Shown here one piece after another: positions 1 through 9,650 of a DNA stretch of 64,000 nt. A program made the translations under genes and the position numbers. Source of the DNA: Roseibacillus sp. (lineage in GTDB: Bacteria > Verrucomicrobiota > Verrucomicrobiia > Verrucomicrobiales > Akkermansiaceae); NCBI GenBank assembly GCA_965242925.1, contig CBDEUM010000038.1:1-64000 (forward strand). Direction: 5' to 3'. Position 1 is the first letter of the stretch, and every line of letters starts with the position of its first letter. Under the pieces are notes generated by a model, which worked only from the letters and a program-made list of their open reading frames with translations, was not told the origin of the DNA and searched no databases.

Positions 1-724
1 CTCCACTCGACCCCTCCATGCTTCGCCTCACCTGGCCCAGCACCCCGGGGAAGGTCTATGACATTCTCATCAATCCGGACCTTTCCCTGACGGTTCCCGA
101 CTGGGCCGGACTGGACGGATCACAGGACATTCCCGCCGACCTCTCAGGCACCAACACCCTGGATATCGCCCTCCCCTTCCCCGGCAGGGGATTCGTGGCC
201 CTTCGGGAGAAAAATGCTCCCCCGCTCTTCTTTGACGATCTCGAGTCGGGCGTGGGGGACTGGACCACGGTGGTTAACGATGACAACGGCAACACCCGGT
301 GGGAATTCGGCACTCCTGTCGGCAGCACCGGACCGCTTGCAGGTGCCGATGATTCCGCCAATGCCTGGTGCACCAACCTCGGCGACTACGGGGCTGATTC
401 CAATATCTCCCTTCGCTCACCTGCCATCGACCTGACTGGCGTGAGCGAAGCGGAACTTTCCTTCGATGCCTTCCGGGACGCGGATGGCTTCGGGACGCCG
501 CGGTGGTGCGCTTCCTGCGCGCTGCCGACCAGGTGCAACTCGGAGCGGACACGCACCTCGATATGAGCGTCCTCAACACCGACTATGCCACCATCACCAT
601 CCCCGTCGTTGCCGAGGCCCTCGCCGAGACGATCCTCGTGGAATGGAACTTCGTCAGTGACAGCAGTGCGGACGCCTTCAGTGGCTTGTCGATCGACAAC
701 ATCGGCGTGAGCATCACGGAATAA
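1..724 (+). pseudogene. 3' part of a secreted/surface protein (5'-truncated by window); Verrucomicrobia-type beta module then an immune-inhibitor-A/MAM-like jelly-roll domain; one apparent frameshift at ~492-494
   Basis: ORF 18..566 is open to the window edge (LRLTWPSTPGKVYDIL...LFFDDLESGVGDW...WEFGTP...LRSPAIDL). Adding one G to GGG at 492-494 joins it to ORF 503..724 (DGFGDAAVVRFL...GLSIDNIGV). Confidence 0.6.
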
Positions 725-749
725 GACCGACAACTGACTCCCAAGGCGA

Positions 750-2400
750 TCACTCCTCGTAGCCGAACTCGCGTACGAAGGGCGCAAGGACTTCGAGGTA
801 CGGTTCGAAAAACTTCTGGTAGTGGCGCCAGCGTCCCACCGCGCCGGAGTAAACCGGCTTGGTGACGGCCTCGTAGGTCGGGGAGCGCACGTGCTTTTGA
901 CGAGCGTGTTCGTAGAACTTGAGCACCTTGTCGTCCCAAGATAATCCGAGGAACTCGAGGAGGCGCCGCGCTTCGCCCTCAAGGTCGGCAACATTGTCCT
1001 CGTAGCGTGTCTCCGTCCACCGGCAGGTCAACATCGGGCGGAGGGCGAGCCAGGATTTCATAACGGTGGCGTACTTCCGGCAGGTCTCTTCCAGGGTGAG
1101 GTAGCTCACACTCACGGAGTTCATGGGCAGGGCCTGCATGAAACAGCTCAGGCAGACATCGCGCGGATCGCGCAGCGCAAAGATGATGCGAACCTCAGGG
1201 AAGACACGGGTGATGACCGGGATCAGCAGGGGTCAGCTCGGGATTCTTGTCGAGCAGGATCCGTGCCCCGATCGGTTCCCGCAGGAACGCCTCGCTCAGC
1301 TGGAAGTAGCGCTCGCGAGCATCCGCCATCTGTTCGTCCGGCAGGCCATCAAGCATCTCCGGGACCGACAGCTCAGTGGGGGACCGGCGTGCCAGGGCCA
1401 GGTAGACATCATCCGACATGATCTGAGTCTCGTCGGAACTGACGAGCCCCTCGTGCGAATCCAGGACCTGCTCGATGAGGGTGGTGCCGGAGCGGGCGTG
1501 TCCACAAAGCAGCGCGATTGTCCTTCCCTCCCCAGACGATGCGACCTCCGCAGAATTCCACCGCTGGAAGTGATCGGGGGTGATCGTTTCCATCAGGCGC
1601 TGATTGCGAGCCAGGACGTTTCCGGCCTGGGCCCGGGCAAGTTTGGTCGGGGCCCGGCCGCGGTGCCACTGCTTGCCCTCGACCAGCGCCTCCATCGCTC
1701 CGTCGTAGTCTCCTTCCTTGTCGAGGATTGCTCCGAGCGCATAGGACGCCTCCCAGTGATGATCGGAGTCCGGCATCGCGAGCAGGTCACGGAGGAACGA
1801 TTCCGCCCTCGTGGAATCACCACTGCGTCGCGCCAGCTTGGCCTGCACGAGACGGGCCTTCGGATGGTCGGGCTCGGCCGCGAGGGCACACTCGATATGA
1901 GCGCCTGCCTCGTCAAGACGGTGCAGGCGCTCGCAGATGGTGGCCAGTTCGACCGACGCCCGGGCCGAATCACCCCCGGCCTCGAGAGCCTTGCACAGAT
2001 AGTCCTCGGCCCGGTCGAACTGCGAGAAGGCGTGGTAAATTTCGCCCACCATCCCGAGGCATGCTGGATTCGCGCCGCTAAGCTTGAGAGCCTTTTCCAG
2101 ACACTGTTCGGCGCGCGGATAGTCGTAGCGCAGACCATAAGACTTTCCGAGGTCGAGCAAGGGCTCGACCTGGCCTGGCCGCTTGCGCTGATCCTGCTCA
2201 AAGAGCTTGAGGGCGGCGTCGTAGTCGCCGGCATCCCAGGCCCGCACCGCGCGTTGATTAAGGGACCGGCTGTTGCGCATGCTCGCCTTCACCGGCGCCA
2301 CAATGCGCGACATCGCCTGGCGAGCACCCTCCTGCCGGCGCTTGACCCGCGCCTTGCGCTTGTCTTTTCCCTTATTTTTCTTCCGAGAGGACGACATCAC
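750..2400 (-). pseudogene. TPR-repeat sulfotransferase-family protein; one apparent frameshift at ~1229-1232
   Basis: TPR-like helices, then 5'-PSB motif GHARSGTTLIEQVLDSH and DKNP. Removing one base from GGGG at 1229-1232 gives ELTLLIPVITRVFPEVRIIFALRDPRDVCLSCF (3'-PB motif), in frame with ORF 750..1139 (RYED...VGRWRHY). Confidence 0.85.
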
Positions 2401-2456
2401 AGGAGCTTAGGGGCAAGCCCGTCAGCACGCCAAGTCTCCCGCGGAGAAATCAACGA

Positions 2457-3227
2457 TCAGGACGTCTTGCGGCGCCGCCGCAAAAGGAGCCCGCCACTCA
2501 ACGCGAAGAGCATTGAGATCGACGGCTCAGGAGTTGAGGTGACACCGGCGTCGTCCCATGCCGCATCCCCCGCTCCCCACATTGCGATCCCGATCGGGTG
2601 GCCATCTTCCGCAGCGGTCGCGGTATAGCTGAGGGTCGCCAATCCCCACGTCCCTCCGCCCGTGACCCAGTCGCCAGTCCCATTGACACCGATCGACCAT
2701 CCCTCATTGGTTCCGGAAGCAGCCCCGGTTCCGTTTTGGACCAGGCCGTCCACAGTACCGTCGCTAATCCACCTCGCCCGCACCAATTCCGATCCTTCGG
2801 CGAATGTCCCGGCGGGAACCGCGTCGCCGTCGAAGAGGTACAACCAGGTCCGGTCTGAATCGTCAACAGTGTCGCCATCCCCGCTCAAGTAGATTGAAAA
2901 CGTATAGGTGCGGCCGGCCACGAAGGTGTCGGTGAGTACCTGTGAAGTGTATTGGCTGATCGCATGCAAGGCGACATCGCCGGTGCGGGGCATTGGGCGC
3001 TTGGCACTGGTCCCTGTGACATAGGCCGTGCTGTAAAACCAATTGGCGTTTTGTGTCCATGCGGCTGTAGTCGCATAACTATAACCGCCTCCCCCGGCCA
3101 CCGCCGCTCCGAAGCTCGGTTCGCCGACGCTGTGAACGATGGTGGAGGCATGCACCGCATGGGCAAACGCCATCCCGATCATCCCCAGGGAGGCAAACTT
3201 GAACAGGTTGGGTGCTTTCAGGCGCAT
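2457..3227 (-). CDS. PEP-CTERM sorting domain-containing surface protein
   Basis: N-terminal signal peptide; C-terminal TPEPS + hydrophobic helix + RRRRK. Confidence 0.9.
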   Translation of the reverse strand: MRLKAPNLFKFASLGMIGMAFAHAVHASTIVHSVGEPSFGAAVAGGGGYSYATTAAWTQNANWFYSTAYVTGTSAKRPMPRTGDVALHAISQYTSQVLTDTFVAGRTYTFSIYLSGDGDTVDDSDRTWLYLFDGDAVPAGTFAEGSELVRARWISDGTVDGLVQNGTGAASGTNEGWSIGVNGTGDWVTGGGTWGLATLSYTATAAEDGHPIGIAMWGAGDAAWDDAGVTSTPEPSISMLFALSGGLLLRRRRKTS

Positions 3228-3689
3228 GGCAATTTGTATCCCGTCTGGTTCTTTGAGTGCCTACAAGGGGAATTATTCCTGAATGAATGGGTTTTCAGCG
3301 TTTTTCACCCAAGATCGGGTTGGACGGTTGCCGCTGATGCACGATACCGGAGGGGCCTGTCTGTCGATCGGGGATCAGATCTGATGACAGTTGCCACTAA
3401 TCGTGCCGGCAACGGTCATCTTCATCCCATCTTTACCACGCGGTTGACGGTCGGCATTCGCTAAATAGTTTCAGGGGCCTTTTTTGTGGCAGCCGGGGTG
3501 CCGATCCATCCAATTGGAACGATTCGTTTTGTATCCTGCAGGAGCATTGTGGTGGAGAGCAGCGTCGTTCCCCTCCCGGGGCTAGAACATCCTTGGATAG
3601 CAGGGTGGGGTGAGTATCAAGGTGCGCTGACACGTTCCTGTCCTGACACCATGTGGATCAGAACGAGTCCGCTGAAGATTGACCGAAGC

Positions 3690-4563
3690 ATGAAGACCCT
3701 GCACCCGCTCCTGTTCGTTCTCTGCCTGCATCCCGTGGTAGAGGGGAAAGATCTCAAACCCGGCACGAACCGGGTGGAATTCATGCACGACAAGGAGTTG
3801 CGCCAGCTGTTGGTGCGGGTGCCCGGGAATTACGATGCCTCAAAGAAGTATCCGGTGGTGTTCGGGTTTCACGGGGCCGGCGGTCCCATGGAGGGATATC
3901 ACCGCCAGCTGGAAGGGTTGGTGAGAAAGCACGGCTATATCAGTGTCAGTCCCCAGGGTCTCAGTAATGCGAAGCGTAACCGGAGAGGGGTGACGGCCTG
4001 GAAATGGATTCAGTAATCATCGCTTCAGTAGTAGTGATGACGTTGGCTTTGTGGTCAAAACCGTTGAGTATCTGGACAGGAACGCGTCCATCGACCGGAC
4101 CCGCCTCTATGCCACGGGAGGATCAAGCGGCGCCATTTTCTGTTTTCGCCTGGCCATGGAGAGGGATCTCTTCGCGGCGATCGCTCCGATGCGCGGAGCG
4201 ATGATCAACAGGCCGCCGCTGCCCAGGGGACGACCGAGGTTATCGATCCTGCTGGTCTGTGGGGCGGAAGACGCCCTCTTCACCGGGGAGTCCAAGGTTC
4301 CGGGAGAAGTGTTTCATCCGGCTCGGAAGACGATGGAGCTCTGGGCGACCAATCATGGGGCCAAGACTGAATCCGCGGTGCTGGAGAAATCCGGGCAGAT
4401 CACGCTGACCCGTTACTCACCGGAGAAAGCCGACTATGAACTGCTGCTTTATGCGGTGAAGGGGAGTGGGCATCGCCTTCCGAGGGCTCAGATGTCCGCA
4501 GCAATCGACTACATGGCCAGGTTCTTCTCCCGCCATTCCAGGCCGAAGACCAAAACTGAATGA
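3690..4563 (+). pseudogene. Secreted alpha/beta hydrolase (PHB depolymerase/LpqC-like esterase); one apparent frameshift at ~4002-4004
   Basis: Signal peptide MKTLHPLLFVLCL, then YPVVFGFHGAGG and SPQG. Removing one A from TGGAAATGG gives WNGFSNHRFSSSDDVGFV, joining ORF 4051..4563 (nucleophile elbow GGSSGA, late GSGH). Confidence 0.8.
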
Positions 4564-4737
4564 ATTCCCGGGATGGCCAGCTCGGTGGACACAGAGGGAA
4601 TTCCCACCGGATTGAAGAGCCAGGTCATCCTCTCCGGCTTTGCTGATGACTCGACTGCGAGGAGGAGCAGGCCAATCCCCTCTCCTTCGAGGTGTTTGTG
4701 AAGGGGGGGAGGGCGGCCTTGCCTCGGCTCCGATGCT

Positions 4738-5556
4738 TCAGGGCTGGAAGTTGGAGGGTTTGGGAAGAGGGCTGTCCGGATCGTTCGCTCCGGGAGTGCC
4801 GGCTGGAACTCCAAGGGGCACCGGGCGGATACGTTCGGAAGTGATTCGAACCACCACGTTGTAACCACTGCCTTCCTGCCCGGTTCCCAGAATGACACTG
4901 TGTCCTTCCTCGGTGTACCAGAGGTGGGAGCCCAGGATGGCACCGTCCTGAAGCTCGTCGACACCGGGAAAACCGGCGGCCTGCACCGGTCGCCCATGCA
5001 ACTTGCCGAGGAGGTCGATGAGTTCGGTCCAGTTGCCACGCAGGGAGGTGATATACTGGCCCTTGCTGACGGGTTGAGTCTGGAGGGTCACTTCACGAAG
5101 TCCCCCGCTTTTATGCCAGTCGAAGAAAAGGAAGCAGTGCAGTCCGCCGATGGTGGCCTTGGTCTTGTAGATCCCATTGAGTCCGGTGCGCCCGAGGAAG
5201 ATTCCGTCGCCAGCGGAGGTGACGAGTGAACTGACCTTGAGTTTCTTCTCCACCGTCTTGCGGTCGTCGCCGAACTCGAGCTGGTCGAATGCTGCGCCTT
5301 TGGGGGGTGGGGCGTCGGCGGCGAGATCCTTGGGAGCGACATTGCTGCGCACCCAGTCCTGGTCCTCGGTGTGCAGTTTTCTGATGCTCAGGGTGATGAT
5401 CCGTCCATCGCGGCGCTTGAGGGTGACACGTGCGCCGTCGCTGGAGAGATACTCGGCTTGGAAGCTCCTGGTGCCCTCCAGGTTGCGCCAGGCACGCATG
5501 GCAGCTGGAGCTGCCATGCTGGAGGCCAGGACAAGTAGGAGGAGAAGGGGCCGCAT
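4738..5556 (-). CDS. Secreted SHD1 (SLA1 homology domain 1)-containing protein
   Basis: Start chosen at MRPLLLLLVLA (signal peptide); RAWRNLEG.RSFQAEY...VTLKRRDGRIITLSIRKLHTEDQDWV matches the SHD1 pattern. Confidence 0.7.
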   Translation of the reverse strand: MRPLLLLLVLASSMAAPAAMRAWRNLEGTRSFQAEYLSSDGARVTLKRRDGRIITLSIRKLHTEDQDWVRSNVAPKDLAADAPPPKGAAFDQLEFGDDRKTVEKKLKVSSLVTSAGDGIFLGRTGLNGIYKTKATIGGLHCFLFFDWHKSGGLREVTLQTQPVSKGQYITSLRGNWTELIDLLGKLHGRPVQAAGFPGVDELQDGAILGSHLWYTEEGHSVILGTGQEGSGYNVVVRITSERIRPVPLGVPAGTPGANDPDSPLPKPSNFQP

Positions 5557-5703
5557 GAGCTGTTGGAATGATCTTAGCAGCCTCACCGAGGGGTGACCAG
5601 TGATTGGTTTCGGCGCAGAGGGACTGTTTGCCCGGGTCAACACTGAAGGTGTTCGCTGGGTGGGAGTGTTTTCCATGCCGGAATTTCGAACGGACTGGCA
5701 ACG

Positions 5704-5732
5704 AAAAAAAGACCCGGCCTGAGCCGGGTCTC
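5704..5732 (-). terminator. Rho-independent terminator
   Basis: Minus strand GACCCGGC-TCAG-GCCGGGTC followed by T7, just downstream of the 5770..6198 gene. Confidence 0.8.
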
Positions 5733-5769
5733 TCTAATAGTTGGGTTTTACTGGGAAAGGGTCCTGTCG

Positions 5770-6198
5770 TTACCGGCTTTGACGGCGGGCATGGCTGAAG
5801 GCGGTTTCAAAGCCGAGTTCGGGCGGGAACTCAGACAGCCCGTCGTGCGGGTTCATTTCGATTCGCCAATCGGCTCCGCACTTCGTGTAAGGCGGCTTGA
5901 AGGTGCCGTTATAGGTAGGGCAGTAGAAGGTGAGGAGCTCGTAGCAACCGTAGCCCATGCGCTTGAGGGTGCGCTGGCCTCCAGCGACGATTCCGTAGGA
6001 TCCGCCGGCCTTGCGACCGCCCTGACTGGCACGACGGAAAAACTGCTCGGGAATCTCGACCGCTCCGTAGAAGATGTTGGCGAGGGCGCGACCGAGCTTG
6101 CGAGTGGAGTTGTACTGTGCTCCCGGAGGCGCTTGGATGTCGGCGTAGGCACCGCCGGACAAGGCAAAGAGGGAGGCGATCAGGATCAGTTTTCTCAT
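5770..6198 (-). CDS. Exosortase system-associated protein (TIGR04073-like)
   Basis: Signal peptide, then RKLGRALANIFYGAVEIP...G..RTLKRMGYGCYELLTF pattern. Confidence 0.75.
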   Translation of the reverse strand: MRKLILIASLFALSGGAYADIQAPPGAQYNSTRKLGRALANIFYGAVEIPEQFFRRASQGGRKAGGSYGIVAGGQRTLKRMGYGCYELLTFYCPTYNGTFKPPYTKCGADWRIEMNPHDGLSEFPPELGFETAFSHARRQSR

Positions 6199-6356
6199 TA
6201 CGGGGAACAGTTTGAGCGAGGAACGCGGGGACTGGCAAGCGGTTATTAGCTAATTATGGACGCCACGGAACCCGGTTGTAGCAGAGGGGCTGATGGACTT
6301 GTGGTCCTGCTGGCAGAATCGATGCAAAAATCCTACCCGCATGGAGCAGCAGGGGC

Positions 6357-8756
6357 CTATTCGTTCCCCCCGGGGAGATCCCGGCGTGGTTCCCAGGGGA
6401 GAGTGCCGCGGTCCGGATTTCTGGGGTAGAGGAGGCGGAGGAAGGCCTTGAGATCGGGTTTGAGCGGGCGCAGGGCACTGTGGAGATCGTTGGCTGTCTC
6501 GAGATGCCCCTGGTCCGAAAGGGCTTGGGCCTGAACTTCGATCTGGTTGCGGTAGGTCTTCTGCCGTTCCTTGATCCTGGCGTCGTATTTGTCCTCAAGT
6601 TGCGTGAGTGTCCCGGTCGCGCGCTCGTGAATGGCAATAAAGGCCTTGGGGCCGTCAGCAGGGAGGGCACGCAGGAGCTGGTTCTTCCCGGAGGCTTCAA
6701 CGAGGTCTTTTTCGAGGCTCTCCCAGATCGCAAGTCTCTCGCGCAGGGCCACTGTGTTCTGACCCGGTTGGCGGAGTGCATTCCTCGTTGCGGACTTCTG
6801 GGCGCGGATCAAATTCTTAAGGCTGCGAACATACTGTTCGACCAGTTTTCTCCTGTCCCAGTCGAAGGCGCTCAGATCAGCTCCGACGAACTGCTGGGTT
6901 TTGCGGTTGATGGCGGCCAGCCACGGGTCGGCGGCAAAATCCCGGGCAACTTCTCCGGCACTGCCATCGACCGATGAACTCCATTCCAGGAGCATGCCGG
7001 GGGCCTTTCTCCTGGAACCGTCCACCATGGTCCATCTGCCGGTTCCGGTTTCTCCTGCGCCCTGCAGGAGAATGCGATTGAACAGGGGGTGTGTGTTGGC
7101 ATTCTCCGGGAGGCCGGCGCTGTGCCAGGATTCCCGGCTGACCCACTTCCACGGTTGGCCTGCCTGCCCCCGGAATCCTCCCAGCCAGAGTCCCTGACCC
7201 GTGCCAAGATAGATCCAGAAGTTCTCACAGATCCAGCGGTGTTCTTCGGCACTGGAAGGGACGGCTAGATAGGCTCCGTGAATGGCAGCCAGGTCGAGCG
7301 CTTCATCCCAGGAAACCATGTCGCCCCTGAGTGCGTAGAAATGGGAGTTCCCAAAGGTGCGGGTGCCAATGGGGAGTCCCGCTCCCTGGAGGAGGGACTC
7401 CCTGGATCCCGACAGGGCGAGGGCCTTGACCCGTTTGAGCTGTTCGCGTTCGGTGCCCGGGTTGGTGCCGTCGTCCCGCCACTCGAGCAGGACATCACAT
7501 TTCCGTTTGGCGTCAGCAGGCATGATGAGGCCATTATTGTTGAGGGCGAGGTAACGGTCTTCCGGTTTTCCCACCGACTGGGTGGTGGGCATGGGCATGC
7601 CATCGAGCCACTGCCAGCGATCGTGTGCTCCTTTGCCGGCCCCAAGCCAGATTGGATAACGCAGGTCGAACTGGTCGCGGATCCATTGGCGTTCTCCGCG
7701 GTCGGAGAGGATCGCCAGGTGGGCACCATGAGCTTCCGCAAATGCCCTGGCGTCCTGCCAGGTCATGGAGCGGTCCCAGAGGGCGTAGGTGCTGTCGTTA
7801 CGCCAGATTGCCCCTGGCGGCAGCTCATTGCGCTGGCCGGCATGGAGGGCAGCCTTCAGACGGGAGAGGGAGTCGCGGAGGCGCTCAAGGGGAACGGGGG
7901 CTCTGGTCCGGGGCCTGGTCTCGGGGTTCCGGGCTGCGTCCTGCCTGTCGCGGTCCCGATCGATGGGATCACGGCGCTCGGCAATTTCACGGTCCCGGCC
8001 CGGGTCGTAGGGAGCTGGACTCATTCCTTCCTCCACCTCCCGGCCGAAGTTTGAGGTCAACTGGATGATCACCCAGAGGGCGACGAGGGCGAGGGCGATC
8101 TTGGTAATGATACTCCAGGGAATCTCGATGGATCGGTCAGGCCTGATGTTGGCGGACGGAAGCGGTCGCCGGGGACGCTCGGGCATGCGGGTGACGGGGG
8201 CCTCCGGGCGTTTGATGGTGGGTTGCAGCTTTGCGGTCAGGAGGAGGTCATTGGCCAGCTTTTTCACTGAGTCGATGCGTGCCTCGGGATCGGGGGTGGT
8301 GGCCTTCTTGATCAGGGTGTCCAGAACCAGGGGAGTCTTGCGGATGGAGGAAGGAGCGGGGGGGGTGTCACCCTGCGGAGCCGTGCCGGTGAGGAGCCGG
8401 TAGAGGATGCGGCCCAGCGAATAGACGTCGCAGCGTGCGTTGCAGTCTTTTCCGGCGAGCAATTCCGGTGCGACGTAGTCACGGTTGCTTTCATCAATGG
8501 CCTCGAGTGGTCCGGAAGAGGGTTCAAGGGTGAGGGAGAGATTGAGGTTCTCATCAATCAGCACCTTGCGGGGGGCGAGTCCACCGTATGCCAGACCCCT
8601 CTGGTGCGCGGGAGCGGTCTTATCACAAAGAGAGATGACCAGCTCGACAGCCTGCTTGTGATCGATTGGACCGGAGCTCGTGGCACCGGCAAGGGTTACG
8701 CTGGCACCGGGTTGAGTATCGGACGATTGCGCGTCGAAATCCATGGAAGATTGCAT
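6357..8756 (-). CDS. Membrane protein: degenerate Ser/Thr kinase C-lobe + TM helix + two C-type lectin-like domains
   Basis: DYVAPE and DVYSLGRILYRLLTG kinase motifs; TM IITKIALALVALWVII; two lectin units (MTWQDARAFAEAHGAHLA...WLGA...WQWLDG and VSWDEALDLAAIHGAYLA...WLGG...WKWV). Confidence 0.75.
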   Translation of the reverse strand: MQSSMDFDAQSSDTQPGASVTLAGATSSGPIDHKQAVELVISLCDKTAPAHQRGLAYGGLAPRKVLIDENLNLSLTLEPSSGPLEAIDESNRDYVAPELLAGKDCNARCDVYSLGRILYRLLTGTAPQGDTPPAPSSIRKTPLVLDTLIKKATTPDPEARIDSVKKLANDLLLTAKLQPTIKRPEAPVTRMPERPRRPLPSANIRPDRSIEIPWSIITKIALALVALWVIIQLTSNFGREVEEGMSPAPYDPGRDREIAERRDPIDRDRDRQDAARNPETRPRTRAPVPLERLRDSLSRLKAALHAGQRNELPPGAIWRNDSTYALWDRSMTWQDARAFAEAHGAHLAILSDRGERQWIRDQFDLRYPIWLGAGKGAHDRWQWLDGMPMPTTQSVGKPEDRYLALNNNGLIMPADAKRKCDVLLEWRDDGTNPGTEREQLKRVKALALSGSRESLLQGAGLPIGTRTFGNSHFYALRGDMVSWDEALDLAAIHGAYLAVPSSAEEHRWICENFWIYLGTGQGLWLGGFRGQAGQPWKWVSRESWHSAGLPENANTHPLFNRILLQGAGETGTGRWTMVDGSRRKAPGMLLEWSSSVDGSAGEVARDFAADPWLAAINRKTQQFVGADLSAFDWDRRKLVEQYVRSLKNLIRAQKSATRNALRQPGQNTVALRERLAIWESLEKDLVEASGKNQLLRALPADGPKAFIAIHERATGTLTQLEDKYDARIKERQKTYRNQIEVQAQALSDQGHLETANDLHSALRPLKPDLKAFLRLLYPRNPDRGTLPWEPRRDLPGGNE

Positions 8757-8977
8757 TTTGGAGGTCTGGAATCCTGCCGATCAGGGAAGGATAGCCATTT
8801 CCCGTCAAAAAGGAAAAGGGGGTTATCGGAATATTGGGTATTAATTAGTGGTAATCAGGATTAAGGGCTATTGGGACGTCGAGCGGTGGGGGGCGGAGGA
8901 TGCCTTTTCATGAGGGAGTGAATCCACCCTCCCCGGCCTGCCTGAAGATCAATTGGCAAACGACAGATCAGGCCGCC

Positions 8978-9550
8978 TTATTTCCCGTCGGTATCTGCCG
9001 CGGTCGGTTCTTCGCTTTCGCCTTCCGCCGATGCTTCTTCATCTGGGGAGAGGAGTTTTTGGACTTCTTCCTGAAGGGGAGTCACCTGGCTAAGGGAAAT
9101 CTGGGGGTCCTTCACGATGAAAATCTCGCCCGAGTAGCGGTGCTGGTAGATACGAAGGAGCCCGGTGCGGATCTTCTGAGAGTCCGTTTCGATAAGGATC
9201 TTTTTCCTCTCGAGCATGACGGCCAGAATGTAACGGGTGTTTTCGGTGTGAGCTTCATCCTGCTCGATCAGGCTGGTGAGGAGAGCTTCAGGATCATCCC
9301 TGTCGACGATCTCGACCTTGGCTTCCACTTCGGGAGGTCGGTAGACGGTGCGCCAGAAGGAGAAGGGTTGCTCGGATTCCTCGGCACGGGCGTCCCAGGC
9401 CGCCTGGGAGAAGTCCAACCGCAGGTAGCCATCGGACTCCGGGTCAGGGAGGAGAGCTGTATAGAAGGCTTCCCCTTCGGTGAACGGCTTCTCGGTGACG
9501 GAGCAGTGATGTGCACGAGACTTGATGTGCCAGGAGTCGGCGAGGGGCAT
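8978..9550 (-). CDS. Hypothetical protein
   Basis: Globular-looking 3' part of ORF 8978..10390; start placed at MPLADSWHIKSR, downstream of the permease stop. Confidence 0.7.
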   Translation of the reverse strand: MPLADSWHIKSRAHHCSVTEKPFTEGEAFYTALLPDPESDGYLRLDFSQAAWDARAEESEQPFSFWRTVYRPPEVEAKVEIVDRDDPEALLTSLIEQDEAHTENTRYILAVMLERKKILIETDSQKIRTGLLRIYQHRYSGEIFIVKDPQISLSQVTPLQEEVQKLLSPDEEASAEGESEEPTAADTDGK

Positions 9551-9650
9551 GAGAAGAATGAAAGTGATCGGCTTTGTCACGGTGGGACTGAGCCGTGACG
9601 GAAGTGAAGGGGAAAGTAGGCGCGGTGGAAAGTGAAAGCGAGGAGGAGAA

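Noticed and set aside
1123..2628. 501-aa plus-strand ORF
   Set aside because: Antisense shadow of the TPR-sulfotransferase.
8821..8876. AT-rich, roughly 7-bp periodic tract
   Set aside because: Too degenerate to define a repeat unit; probably promoter-region or decayed short-repeat sequence.
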